In this document: piece by piece, positions 9,183 through 19,369 of the stretch | Layout of the letters: each line of letters begins with the position of its first letter | Numbering within the stretch: position 1 is the stretch's first letter | Origin: an uncultured Nitrospiraceae bacterium | Lineage (GTDB): Bacteria > Nitrospirota > Thermodesulfovibrionia > Thermodesulfovibrionales > Dissulfurispiraceae | Assembly (NCBI GenBank): GCA_963727805.1 | Contig: CAVSHF010000003.1 | Coordinates: forward strand, 2,208,001 to 2,272,000 | Length of the DNA: 64,000 bases | Direction of reading: 5' to 3' | Notes under the pieces: generated by a model | Seen by the model: the letters and a program-made list of their open reading frames with translations, nothing else | Told to the model about the DNA's origin: nothing | Databases searched by the model: none | Position numbers and translations under genes: made by a program

Positions 9183-11880
9183 AATTATGACCGAACAGGA
9201 TCAGAGCCAAGACGAAAATGTAGGATTCAATAGCGAGCCATCAGACAGTGCGACCCATCGCAGCACCGATGCCGAACAACTTCGACGGCTAAGAGTTCTC
9301 AATGCGCTCACCGCGTCGATTATCTCGACAACGGACTTCCCGGATCTCCTGGGCAAAATCTCGATGGAATCCGTTAAGTTCTTTAATGCTTGCGGCAGTA
9401 TCCTGCGACTCCTTGAAAATGGCAGGTTGAAGGTGGAGGCTTGTTCGGGGCTCTGCGAAGATATTAAGCCAGAGCTTGAGATCGGCGAGGGCATGTGCGG
9501 TCGGGCTGCGCTTGAGGGGAAAACAATTTTCTTTAACCGGCCCGAAAATACCGATGTTCATGCCGTTATGAAAAGTATCGAAGTGGGAATCTGCACACCA
9601 CTGAAAATAGGCGATACACTTATCGGCACTTTCGGCCTTTATGACAAGATGACCGTTGAAGGAACTATCATTCCCTTCAGCGAAGACGACCGGGGTACCC
9701 TTGAAGGCTTTGCATCGGTCGCTGCGATCGTCCTCGAAAAATCGATCCTTTATGAGAAAGCGTTGAAACAGGAGCGTGAGGCGGTCAATGCAAAAAAGGA
9801 GAGCGAGGAACTGAAGGACTACCTCGAAGGCCTAATCGCGAATTCTCTCGATGCCATCGTCACCACAGATTTGAATGGCATCGTGACATCGTGGAACGAT
9901 GCCTCTGAGAAAATGTTCGGATATTCCAGTGAGGAAGCCATTGGACGGTTCCTTCCAAACGTGCCCCATTTCCTTGTCGATACCGAAAAAAGTTACATGG
10001 AACAGATTAAAAGAGGTGAGACGATAAAAGATCTCGAAACGGTCAGGAAGACACAAGACGGCAGGATCATCGATGTCAACATCAATATGGCCCCAATCAA
10101 GAACTCGGCGGGAGACGTCATCGGGATCAGCAGGATCGGCAGGGATGTCACTGAACGAAAGATGATCGAAAAGGACCTTTTACGCAAGAATAACGAACTG
10201 TCCCGACTGCTTTTCATCAGCTCTACCATGCGGGGGACCCTCGAACTGGACAGGCTGCTCAGAATGGTCCTAACGGCAGTTACGATGGGCGACGGCCTTG
10301 GCTTCAACCGCGCGATGCTCTTTCTCATCAATGAAGAGGCTGATACCCTCAAGGGCGCCATGGGAGTCGGTCCGGCAAACCATGACGAAGCCTGGGAAAT
10401 TTGGTCACGTCTATCGATGGAAAACAAAGACATTCATACGATAATGCAGGAGATTGAACTTGGTCAACTGAGCAAGGATTCGCTCATCGACAAGCTCTGC
10501 CACGGTATCACAGTGTCCCTCGAAGCCGATACGGTACTCACTCGGGTCGTCAAGCAAATGCGGCCTTTAAACGTAACGGATGTGCGCACCGCGCCATTTT
10601 CAGACCCTGTTCTTATTCAGCAGCTCGGTACGATGGCCTATGCTGTGCTTCCCCTCATGTCGAGAAACAGGGTCATCGGAGTCTTATGGGTCGATAACCT
10701 CTATTCACGAAAACCCATAACCGATCACGACATGAATATTCTGAAGGGTTTCACGGATCAGATCGCATCGGCCATCGAGAGTGTACGCCTTTTCGAACAT
10801 GTGGCCCGTGCAGAACAGGAACTGAACAATATCTTTGAGTCCATTTCGGATCTTATGTATATTAACAGCAGCGACTACACCATCAAAAAGATTAATCGTG
10901 CCGTAGCTGAGAAGATCGGCAAACCCCAGGAAGAAATTATCGGCAAGAAGTGTTACGAAATCTTTCATGGTATGGATAGCCCATGGGAACTCTGCCCCCA
11001 TCATAAAACCATCGCGACGAATAAACCTTTCGTCGGAGAGGTCGATGACCCGAACCTTGGAGGCACTTTTCTCATTTCAAGTTCCCCCCTGTTCGACAAG
11101 CACGGGACACTTACAGGGACCGTGCATATCGCTCGGGACGTCTCCGAGATCAAAAAGCTTAAGGAAAAAATTGTCTCTATCGAGCGCATGGCTGCCCTCG
11201 GAGAAATGGCCGCCAAAGTCGCCCACGAGATCAGAAATCCTCTTCTCTCCATCGGTGGCTTTGCGAGAAGACTCGAAAGGAGACTCGACACGGACCTCAG
11301 GGAACATGCGAAAATAATCGTTGACGAAGTGAGGCGACTCGAAGGTATACTGAACAATACCCTCAGTTTCGTGAAGAGCACCATCACCGAGCGCAAAGAA
11401 GTTACGGCTGCCGATCTTATAAATGACATCATTACGCTCCTCGAGCCGGCGGTCAACGAGCGCGGAAACGTTCTAAAAAAAGAGGTCGATCATACCGTGC
11501 AGTTGATGATCAACTATGACCGCTTCAAGGAGGCCATTCTCAATCTCATTAGCAACGCTAACCATGCGACTGAAAACGGTACAATATCCATAAGAGTCTA
11601 TCAGGAGTCGATTTTTTCAGTGCCCGACCTCCTGGGACAGCGGGCCGAAGAAAAAGAGGCAGTTATTGAGATACAGGACACCGGCTACGGAATAAGGGAA
11701 GAGGACCTGGGTAGGATCTTCGATCCTTTCTTCACCACCCGACCGACAGGCACGGGCCTCGGGCTTTCGATAACCAAGCGGATTATCGAGGAGCACGGCG
11801 GCAGGATAGATGTTGAAAGCAAAGTAGGAAATGGCACAATTTTTAAAATTTATCTACCCCTTAAAGGAGGACCGGAATGA
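9175..11880 (+). CDS. GAF/PAS sensor histidine kinase
   Basis: GAF and PAS segments, H-box VAHEIRNPL, N-box NLISNA, DTGYG and GTGLGL; start at 9175 or 9187. Confidence 0.92.
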   Translation: MIEIMTEQDQSQDENVGFNSEPSDSATHRSTDAEQLRRLRVLNALTASIISTTDFPDLLGKISMESVKFFNACGSILRLLENGRLKVEACSGLCEDIKPELEIGEGMCGRAALEGKTIFFNRPENTDVHAVMKSIEVGICTPLKIGDTLIGTFGLYDKMTVEGTIIPFSEDDRGTLEGFASVAAIVLEKSILYEKALKQEREAVNAKKESEELKDYLEGLIANSLDAIVTTDLNGIVTSWNDASEKMFGYSSEEAIGRFLPNVPHFLVDTEKSYMEQIKRGETIKDLETVRKTQDGRIIDVNINMAPIKNSAGDVIGISRIGRDVTERKMIEKDLLRKNNELSRLLFISSTMRGTLELDRLLRMVLTAVTMGDGLGFNRAMLFLINEEADTLKGAMGVGPANHDEAWEIWSRLSMENKDIHTIMQEIELGQLSKDSLIDKLCHGITVSLEADTVLTRVVKQMRPLNVTDVRTAPFSDPVLIQQLGTMAYAVLPLMSRNRVIGVLWVDNLYSRKPITDHDMNILKGFTDQIASAIESVRLFEHVARAEQELNNIFESISDLMYINSSDYTIKKINRAVAEKIGKPQEEIIGKKCYEIFHGMDSPWELCPHHKTIATNKPFVGEVDDPNLGGTFLISSSPLFDKHGTLTGTVHIARDVSEIKKLKEKIVSIERMAALGEMAAKVAHEIRNPLLSIGGFARRLERRLDTDLREHAKIIVDEVRRLEGILNNTLSFVKSTITERKEVTAADLINDIITLLEPAVNERGNVLKKEVDHTVQLMINYDRFKEAILNLISNANHATENGTISIRVYQESIFSVPDLLGQRAEEKEAVIEIQDTGYGIREEDLGRIFDPFFTTRPTGTGLGLSITKRIIEEHGGRIDVESKVGNGTIFKIYLPLKGGPE

Positions 11881-12227
11881 AAATACTGGTCGTAGATGAT
11901 GAAAAGAACATCCTGAAACTCTACAAGGCTGAACTCGAGGATGAAGGGTATAATGTTGTTACGGCAAACTCGGGCAAGGAAGCGCTCGATGTGTTCCGGC
12001 AGGAGAACCCGGACCTCGTGACACTTGACATCATGATGCCCGATATCGACGGCATCCAGGTCTTGAGACAACTGAAACAGGAAAATCCGCAGATACCGGT
12101 GATCATGCTCACCGCTTACGATTATCGGGACGATTTTTCAGTCTGGGTCTCCGATGCATACGTGGTGAAGTCTTCTGATCTTGCAAATCTGAAAGCAACG
12201 ATAAAGCAGATAATTGAAAAAAAATGA
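11877..12227 (+). CDS. Single-domain response regulator
   Basis: ILVVDDE, LDIMMP, MLTA, VVK; ATGA overlap with the kinase. Confidence 0.93.
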   Translation: MKILVVDDEKNILKLYKAELEDEGYNVVTANSGKEALDVFRQENPDLVTLDIMMPDIDGIQVLRQLKQENPQIPVIMLTAYDYRDDFSVWVSDAYVVKSSDLANLKATIKQIIEKK

Positions 12228-13476
12228 CGCCATAATCACCGTTAAGGCCGACCTCCCTGCATACGGCGGCTTTTCACTCGCGAGAAGGAATGGCTCGATC
12301 CTACTCATCAGGAATGCTATCCCCGGCGAGACCGTTGAAGCTAAGATTGAAGAGCAAAAGAAGGATTTTGCCTTTGCCAACGCCGTAAGAATCCTTGCGG
12401 CTTCTCCTGACAGAATCGAGCCGTCATGCCCTGTCTTTGGTGAATGTGGCGGCTGCCAGCTCCAGTATATTGCCTACCCCCGTCAGGTCTTGCTAAAAGA
12501 GGAAATTCTCCTCGACTGCATGTGTAGAATAGCAAAAAAAGAGGCTGATCTTGCCACACCGTTCATCGGCCACAGTCCCTGGCACTACCGATACAGGGGA
12601 CAGTTCAAGATGGGCAAGGGAGCCCTTGGCTTTTTCCGGGAAAAGTCGAGAGAAATTGTCGACATTGACAGCTGCCCGCTCATGAAGGAAGAGGTTAATG
12701 ACCTTTATGCGAAAGCGCGGGGAATATACAAAGCGTCTCCAGCCCTGTTTGATAGCATTTCGGACCTCCATATATCATACGGCAGTGAAGGGATGGCCCT
12801 CCTGAAATCCTCATCAAAGATATCGATGGCGCGGTGGAACCAAATCGGGATGCTCCTTCTTGATGCCGGATTTGAAGGGGTGTGCGGGATGTCTGACAAG
12901 GGCAGAACAGTCAGCTTCGGCAACGAGCACATCACCCTTGATCTCGACGGGCTCACATACACCATTTCACCGCAGAGCTTCTTTCAGGGTCACTGGGACC
13001 TTAACCGTACAGTCGTGAGCTTTCTCAGAAAGGCTTTACAGCCGCTGAAAGGCAAGCGAGTCATCGATCTCTATGCGGGAGGGGGCAACTTTTCGCTGCC
13101 CATCGCCTTTGACGGCGCCGATGTTTACGCTGTTGAGGAGAACCCCACTGCAATAGAGGATGGAAAGAGAAATGCGGCAGCTAACGGCATCAGGAATTGC
13201 CGGTTTATCGAATGTTCCGCCGAACGTCTGAAGGTATGCGACACCGTCGACATACTTGTCGTTGATCCGCCGAGGCCAGGTCTTACCAACACTGCCCTCG
13301 ACAAGATTATATACGTCGAACCGGAGCGAATCGCCTACCTGTCCTGCAATCCATCTACCCTTGCAAGGGATATTAAAAAACTTCTCGGCCAATACGAAAT
13401 CGAAGCGATGCGTATCATCGATTTCTTCCCCCAGACATACCACATTGAATCTCTAACTGTCTTAAGGCTCCGTTAA
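12214..13476 (+). CDS. rlmD: 23S rRNA (uracil-5)-methyltransferase, RlmD/TrmA family
   Basis: TRAM-like N-terminus, CPVFGECGGCQLQ Fe-S motif, DLYAGGG, VDPPRPG, YLSCNP, DFFPQTYHIE. Confidence 0.85.
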   Translation: MKKNDAIITVKADLPAYGGFSLARRNGSILLIRNAIPGETVEAKIEEQKKDFAFANAVRILAASPDRIEPSCPVFGECGGCQLQYIAYPRQVLLKEEILLDCMCRIAKKEADLATPFIGHSPWHYRYRGQFKMGKGALGFFREKSREIVDIDSCPLMKEEVNDLYAKARGIYKASPALFDSISDLHISYGSEGMALLKSSSKISMARWNQIGMLLLDAGFEGVCGMSDKGRTVSFGNEHITLDLDGLTYTISPQSFFQGHWDLNRTVVSFLRKALQPLKGKRVIDLYAGGGNFSLPIAFDGADVYAVEENPTAIEDGKRNAAANGIRNCRFIECSAERLKVCDTVDILVVDPPRPGLTNTALDKIIYVEPERIAYLSCNPSTLARDIKKLLGQYEIEAMRIIDFFPQTYHIESLTVLRLR

Positions 13477-14315
13477 TGTCTTTTTCGGAAGTGTCAACCC
13501 GAGAAGAATCCAAAACAAGAAGACTTCTTGAAACCGCGGTAGAAGCAGCGCAGCAGGCCGGCAAATTCATTTGTGCCAATCGGGGGACCCTCTCCGCCAG
13601 CGACATCAGCCTCAAGCAAGCCTTTGATTTCGCCACTCGCGTTGATACTGAATCGGAGCAGATTATCATCAACATTATCAGGGAACATTTCCCGAGCCAC
13701 CATTTTCTTGCCGAGGAATCCCTTCATGAGATCGAGACCGAGGACTACCGGTGGATCATCGATCCCCTTGATGGCACTACGAATTACATCCACGGATTTC
13801 CCTTCTCTGCCGTCTCCATCGCACTTCAATACAAAAGAGAAATCATAGTCGGCGTTGTCTTCGACCCCTTCAGAAACGAACTCTTTACGGCAGTCAAAGG
13901 AGAGGGGGCCTTCCTGAACGGAAATAAAATTGCGGTATCCAATGCGTCGGGGATGGAAAACTCGCTAATCGCCACTGGATTTCCTTTTAAGAATAAGGCG
14001 CTGATTGACCAATATCTGATGCTCTTCAAAAATATCTTCCTTAAAGTAAGCGATATACGCAGAGCCGGTTCGGCAGCCCTCGACCTGGCGTATATTGCCT
14101 GCGGCAGGTTCGACGGGTTCTTCGAAATCGGATTAGCCCCGTGGGATTGCGCCGCGGGAAGCCTAATGATAGAAGAAGCCGGTGGCATCAGCACCAACTT
14201 CGGTGGCGGAGAGGACTTTCTGTCAACAGGAAATGTCGTAGCTGGTAACCACTACACACATGCGCTGGTTCTGGAAAAAGTCAAAGAAGTTTTCGCTGGA
14301 GTACTCGATAAATAA
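13476..14315 (+). CDS. suhB: Inositol monophosphatase family
   Basis: WIIDPLDGTTNY, RRAGSAALDLAY, WDCAAG. Confidence 0.9.
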   Translation: MSFSEVSTREESKTRRLLETAVEAAQQAGKFICANRGTLSASDISLKQAFDFATRVDTESEQIIINIIREHFPSHHFLAEESLHEIETEDYRWIIDPLDGTTNYIHGFPFSAVSIALQYKREIIVGVVFDPFRNELFTAVKGEGAFLNGNKIAVSNASGMENSLIATGFPFKNKALIDQYLMLFKNIFLKVSDIRRAGSAALDLAYIACGRFDGFFEIGLAPWDCAAGSLMIEEAGGISTNFGGGEDFLSTGNVVAGNHYTHALVLEKVKEVFAGVLDK

Positions 14316-15142
14316 TATTTGCAAGGTTTTGTAAGGCGAAAAAAGTCGCTATATCCTATAGCTCTGCCATGTGCTTTTTCAAATACCTCCACACGGCCTA
14401 GTAAGTCATACGCGTACATAGGCTGAATTGGACACTCGTTCTCTTGTGATGTGGGGAGAATAAATAATACCGATTGCTTCTTTTATCCTTGTATTTTCCT
14501 TTTAGAGGGCTACGTCTGAATTATCGCTGGCTTGTCCAACAGCAAAACACGTTTAATTCCTGACAGTTTCCACGTGCAGACAGCCCTACGACGAGACGCT
14601 CTCCCTGAATACATCTGGTTTATCGAGCCTTGATTTGGCAAGCATTGGCGATATATCCAATATCCCGTGATCGAATCCTGCAAAAACTTCATCGCTGCTA
14701 ATATCTATAAAGGTTGCCTCACCACTGCCAGGTGAGGGTAATGAGGATAGACAAAATATACACTGCCGGGCTGGTTATTGAGCTTACAATTAGTACATCC
14801 CTGTGAACTCGATATGGAATATATTCCGCTGGAGTGATCCCTGATACACAGACGATCATGAAAATGTATTGACTGTTCAAAGCAGTCATTTGTTAATAAA
14901 ATCATCAAGGATAAGGTGACGATGCAGAAGGACAATGGCAACTTGATTGAATAGAATGGTAGTCCCTGTATATTAAATCTAACGCTCGTTGATGCGCACG
15001 CAGTCAATAAAACAGCCACACAAGATAGACCTATAAGAATTGTAATCTTCTTTATATAAAGTCTCCTTTCACTCTGAGAGTTCTTTGATATTTTTCGATG
15101 AATAAATGCGCACCCCATCCTAATCTTATGCTAAAATGAATC

Positions 15143-15682
15143 ATGCTCTCTGCTCTCTCACCGGAGAAAATTGCCGATCTCACCGAGGTCGTTATATGCG
15201 ACAGCGAGGCTGCCATGGATGCCCACAAGGACCTTTTCCGATTCAGTCAGAATGCCTATCTTCCCGCTTATGAAACAAATGATAATTCAGTAGGGAATTT
15301 TTGTGATGCCTTCCCTACAGTGACGAGACTCATAGATACCTGCAACCTAGCGCCGTTATGTCCTTCACGAATACATCTCGTAGCTAGATGGGAGAATATA
15401 CTGAAGGTCGCTGCATGGAAGGCGGAGCTTACTTCCGTCCGGGATGCATTAATATTCTTAAAAAATGCAGGGATAGCGGAAGCTGATCTGGCACCTTTTG
15501 CCGGTTCTCCGGTAGCCGATCTGTTCCCTTATCTTTATTATGGAAAACGATTCAATGTTATAAAAAAGATTTGCATGATGGCGAGAAAGCAGATCGAATC
15601 TCATCTCAAGAAAGGTGGCGTGCGAGCCGACTGCCATATGATCGCAGAAGACGCGCCCCGAATCTTCGCCAGCAGCCTCTGA
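15143..15682 (+). CDS. Hypothetical protein
   Basis: 179-aa ORF filling the gap before the convergent hemG; no motif recognised with confidence. Confidence 0.6.
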   Translation: MLSALSPEKIADLTEVVICDSEAAMDAHKDLFRFSQNAYLPAYETNDNSVGNFCDAFPTVTRLIDTCNLAPLCPSRIHLVARWENILKVAAWKAELTSVRDALIFLKNAGIAEADLAPFAGSPVADLFPYLYYGKRFNVIKKICMMARKQIESHLKKGGVRADCHMIAEDAPRIFASSL

Positions 15683-15713
15683 AGGGCCTGCTAGGCCTCC
15701 GTGCGGGGCAAAC

Positions 15714-17075
15714 TTAAAGGCTTAATCTCGCTATTCCATCCGCCAACTTGATACTGTTGGCGATACAATCATTTACAGCTACGCCTCGGTATGCGTTCCC
15801 TGCAAGATAGAACCCCTTATGTTTCGCTGATGCTTCGTCAAGCGCTTCAAGTTTTCGGTGGTGCCCCAGCAAGTATTGAGGTATCGCCTTTTCCCATCTG
15901 AACACCCTCACAAAATCAGGCTCTGCCCTGAGACCCATTATTTCGGCAAGTTCAGTCCTCACGGTGCTGATGAGCTTTTCATCGTCGAGAAGGGCCAGAT
16001 CCTGCGCTCTTGCGCCACCCACCATATTCCTCAATAAGACGTATCCTTCCGGTGCACGGTTCTCGAAAATACTCGAATCGAAAAGCGTCCCCAGTATCTT
16101 ACGCTTTTCACTACCCGGAATAAGATAACCGAACAGATTAATGTCCCTTCTGATCTTTGCTCGCTTGAATCCGAAGGAAACCACCGAGAGCGCAGGGTAA
16201 GGGATTGTCGTCAAGATGTCGTAAATAGTCTTGTCGAAGTCCCGCACTATTTCAGCTGAATTATGGGCTGGTGATGCGAGAACAACGCAATCGGCCTCGC
16301 ATGTTGATCCATCCTTAAAATGCAGCATGTATCCGCCAGTAGTCTTATCAATGCCCTTTGCCGCCTTGCCTGTCTGAACCCTGTCTCCGAGCAGACTACT
16401 CAGTGCCTCGACAAAGCTGTACATCCCTTCCCTGAATGAAGTGAGGGTCCCACCCGGCCCTGCCTCGACCTTTTTCCCTGACTTCTTTGCCTCCTTGCCG
16501 GCTGCCATGAAGCCCTTGATAAGACCACCATACTTCTGCTCAAGGTCATACACTTTAGCAAAACAGCTCCTGATGCTCATCTTCGAGGGATCACCCGCAT
16601 ACACGCCCGATGCCATGGGGTCAAGGAGCTTCTCGTAAAATTCCCTGCCGACCCTTCTTACCGCGAAGGATTCTAGAGTCTCGTCGTCTTTCATCGCCCG
16701 CGGAACGAAATATTCACCGATCATTCTCAGCCTGCCGGGGAGGCTCAGAAAATTGGACATGAAGAACTTTACTGCAGAATCGGGGATCTCTCGAAGTTCC
16801 CCGCCCGTATAGATGAATCTCTTCCGGGCATTGTCACTGCTCTTCATGGGAGACAGGTTGATCTTTGCTGCCAGTTCGAGAGTGCTCGGCTTATTGTCAA
16901 GGAACCCATTCACTCCCGCTTCGCACAGATATCCGTCGACTTTCTCGGTATATATCTTGCCGCCGGGACGGCTTTCCGACTCAAATACCTTTATGTCAGA
17001 TCCCTGCCCTCTTTCTAACAACGCATAGGCAAGTGATAGACCGGATATTCCACCACCAACAATAGCAATTCTCAT
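15714..17075 (-). CDS. hemG: Protoporphyrinogen/coproporphyrinogen oxidase (HemY-type)
   Basis: MRIAIVGGGISGL FAD motif, SGVYAGDP, AIPQY, GVAVNDCI; RBS GGAGG; adjacent to hemH. Confidence 0.9.
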   Translation of the reverse strand: MRIAIVGGGISGLSLAYALLERGQGSDIKVFESESRPGGKIYTEKVDGYLCEAGVNGFLDNKPSTLELAAKINLSPMKSSDNARKRFIYTGGELREIPDSAVKFFMSNFLSLPGRLRMIGEYFVPRAMKDDETLESFAVRRVGREFYEKLLDPMASGVYAGDPSKMSIRSCFAKVYDLEQKYGGLIKGFMAAGKEAKKSGKKVEAGPGGTLTSFREGMYSFVEALSSLLGDRVQTGKAAKGIDKTTGGYMLHFKDGSTCEADCVVLASPAHNSAEIVRDFDKTIYDILTTIPYPALSVVSFGFKRAKIRRDINLFGYLIPGSEKRKILGTLFDSSIFENRAPEGYVLLRNMVGGARAQDLALLDDEKLISTVRTELAEIMGLRAEPDFVRVFRWEKAIPQYLLGHHRKLEALDEASAKHKGFYLAGNAYRGVAVNDCIANSIKLADGIARLSL

Positions 17076-17325
17076 AGAGCCTCCAAGACGTTTACTTTTA
17101 AGATTATAACTTAAAGCGATATCATAAGCTATAAGGTGATTGGCCGCAATGCAAGAGAAATGCCTGCGTGCCAGGGCATGCCCGTTTGATGCGAAGGAGC
17201 CTGGCACATCCGCTTCGCTGCTTTCTCAAAAGGATAAAATGCCTTGGTTAATACCAAGCTTTCGAGCAGGGGCTTGAGGACTATTCTGTTTCGCGTCAAA
17301 ACGTGATGCACCATGCACTACTAAG

Positions 17326-18336
17326 TTATGACTTAATTACGATCTCCGCAAGGGCCTTGATAAACGTGGGCGATGTGTTGAGCGATTCCGCTCGCTGCAG
17401 ATTGATGCCGAGTGAATGAGCCATGTCTTTGTAAAGAATATCAATTTCATAAAGCGTCTCGATGTGGTCAGAGACGAAGCTGATCGGGACAACGAGCAAG
17501 TCCTTGACACCGCGTCGCGCGAGCTCCTCGATCATCTGCTCTGTCGATGGTTCTAGCCACTTCACCGGGCCGCTCTTGCTCTGAAACGAGAGATGCCATC
17601 TCATAGCAATCTTCTTTGTGACTGCGGTGATCGTCCCCTCTATCTCTTTTAGGTATGGGTCACCGTCATCGATGAACTTTTGAGGAAGGCTGTGGGCGCT
17701 GAACAGCACCTCAGGCTGCTCTTTAAACAAAGCAAAGCCCCTTGCTATACATTCATCGATGGCTTCGATGTAAAGAGGATGGTTGTACCACGATGTGATG
17801 CAGCGGAGTGTGAAGTGCGGACAGCGAATTATATAAGACGAATTCTCGCACGTTTCCCGACATTGGTTACGCTCCGTCCGATAAGTCTCCATAGCAGCTT
17901 TTTCCAACTTAATGATCGACGACCCTGTAGTGGCTATCGAATAGTGGGGATAGAGGGTGAGAGCAACGATATCGCTTATTCCATCTCGATGCATACGCTC
18001 TACTGACTCTTCGATGAATGGATGCCAGTACCTCATGCCTACATAAACACGATAAGTTCTGTTTCCCATCGCTAGATAATTTAAGTTTAATGCATCTTCG
18101 AGTGCCGCGGCCTGTGCCGTTGTGATGTCCCTAAGAGGGGATTTTCCGCCGATCAAACGGTACATGCCTTGAGTCTTTTTTGCACGCAACGTCGCAATGA
18201 ATGCGGCCAGAGGTTTCTGAAAAAACGCCGGACCGAGTTTTATTATGTCCCTATCCGAAAAAAGGTTGTAGAGAAAGGGTCTGACGGCATCGAGTGAATC
18301 AGGCCCGCCGAGGTTCAATAAAAGTATGCCGGTCAT
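17326..18336 (-). CDS. hemH: Ferrochelatase
   Basis: LLNLGGP, GMRYWHP, FSAHSLP, WLEP, FVSDHIETL. Confidence 0.95.
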   Translation of the reverse strand: MTGILLLNLGGPDSLDAVRPFLYNLFSDRDIIKLGPAFFQKPLAAFIATLRAKKTQGMYRLIGGKSPLRDITTAQAAALEDALNLNYLAMGNRTYRVYVGMRYWHPFIEESVERMHRDGISDIVALTLYPHYSIATTGSSIIKLEKAAMETYRTERNQCRETCENSSYIIRCPHFTLRCITSWYNHPLYIEAIDECIARGFALFKEQPEVLFSAHSLPQKFIDDGDPYLKEIEGTITAVTKKIAMRWHLSFQSKSGPVKWLEPSTEQMIEELARRGVKDLLVVPISFVSDHIETLYEIDILYKDMAHSLGINLQRAESLNTSPTFIKALAEIVIKS

Positions 18337-18407
18337 GAATTAAGGATACAGGATGAGGAAACGAGGTTGCAATGACTCCCACAGAATAGATTACTGAACG
18401 CCGCGGC

Positions 18408-18665
18408 TTATTTTGCGACAGCGTTCTGTTCCCTAATCTTTTTCATAAGCCTTTCGTACTTCTCGTGGCCCACACATTCCCGTGCCGCAGGGCACCATTC
18501 GATGCATGACATTACCATGTCCCTTGTGATGGTCTTGCCGCATCCCTTACACGTCATGTCGGGTTCATCCGACCAGATCTCGTTCCGGTGATGGCAGAAG
18601 ACACAGACGAGGTCGTCCGGAGAAGGACTCGTTATCTCTTTGCTTCCTGGGCAGCTCTCTTTCAT
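18408..18665 (-). CDS. Small Cys-rich putative metal-binding protein
   Basis: CPG, CxxC, EIWSDE, CxxC, SCIEWC...C; 8 Cys in 85 aa. Confidence 0.75.
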   Translation of the reverse strand: MKESCPGSKEITSPSPDDLVCVFCHHRNEIWSDEPDMTCKGCGKTITRDMVMSCIEWCPAARECVGHEKYERLMKKIREQNAVAK

Positions 18666-18723
18666 AATTTTAGTTTACCACTGTCAGACCGGACTTACTA
18701 TGATTTGGATCATATTTGCGGGG

Positions 18724-19308
18724 TTAGCCCGACTTCCATCTTCTGAAGAGTTCGTGCTCGATACCGAAGCTGTCGAGTATCTTGCCTACAATGAAATCGA
18801 TGACCCCTTCGAAGTCCTTCGGCCCGTGATAAAAGGCAGGCACCGGAGGGGCGATGCGGACGCCGAGTCTCGCAAGCTTGAGCATATTCTCGAGGTGAAT
18901 TGCACTGAAGGGCATCTCGCGCGGGGAGAGAAGGAGCGGCCTTCCTTCCTTTAGGGTCACATCAGCGGCTCTTTCGATAAGGTTGTTAGCATAGCCGTGT
19001 GCAATCCCCGAAAGTGTCTTCATGGTACACGGCACCACCAGCATCCCGTTTGTCATGAAGGAGCCGCTCGCAACAGGCGCTTCCATTTTTTTATCCTCAT
19101 GGAAAAAAAGCCTGTCGGTCGCAAAGTGATTTCTGATGGCTGTTTCCGTATCTTCAGCCCAATCAATTCCAGTCTCTTCCAGAATGATGGGGAAGGTATT
19201 TTTGGATATAACAAGATGGACTTCTGCTGTTTTGATCAACTCAGCGAGAACACGGATGCCGAAGATCGGACCGCTTGCCCCGGTAATAGCCAAGACATAT
19301 CGTTTCAT
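18724..19308 (-). CDS. ubiX: Flavin prenyltransferase
   Basis: AITGASG, ASGS, PCTMKTL, RAADVTLKEGR, PREMP, PAFY. Confidence 0.93.
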   Translation of the reverse strand: MKRYVLAITGASGPIFGIRVLAELIKTAEVHLVISKNTFPIILEETGIDWAEDTETAIRNHFATDRLFFHEDKKMEAPVASGSFMTNGMLVVPCTMKTLSGIAHGYANNLIERAADVTLKEGRPLLLSPREMPFSAIHLENMLKLARLGVRIAPPVPAFYHGPKDFEGVIDFIVGKILDSFGIEHELFRRWKSG

Positions 19309-19369
19309 ATTTCTATTATAGCCGAATTCTTCGATACTACGGCTACTCCCCAGCATCGGCTCGTTGATG

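Noticed and set aside
14330..15120. Lipoprotein-like ORF (LLTAC) in an AT-rich gap
   Set aside because: No clear start or coherent downstream sequence; at most a decayed gene.
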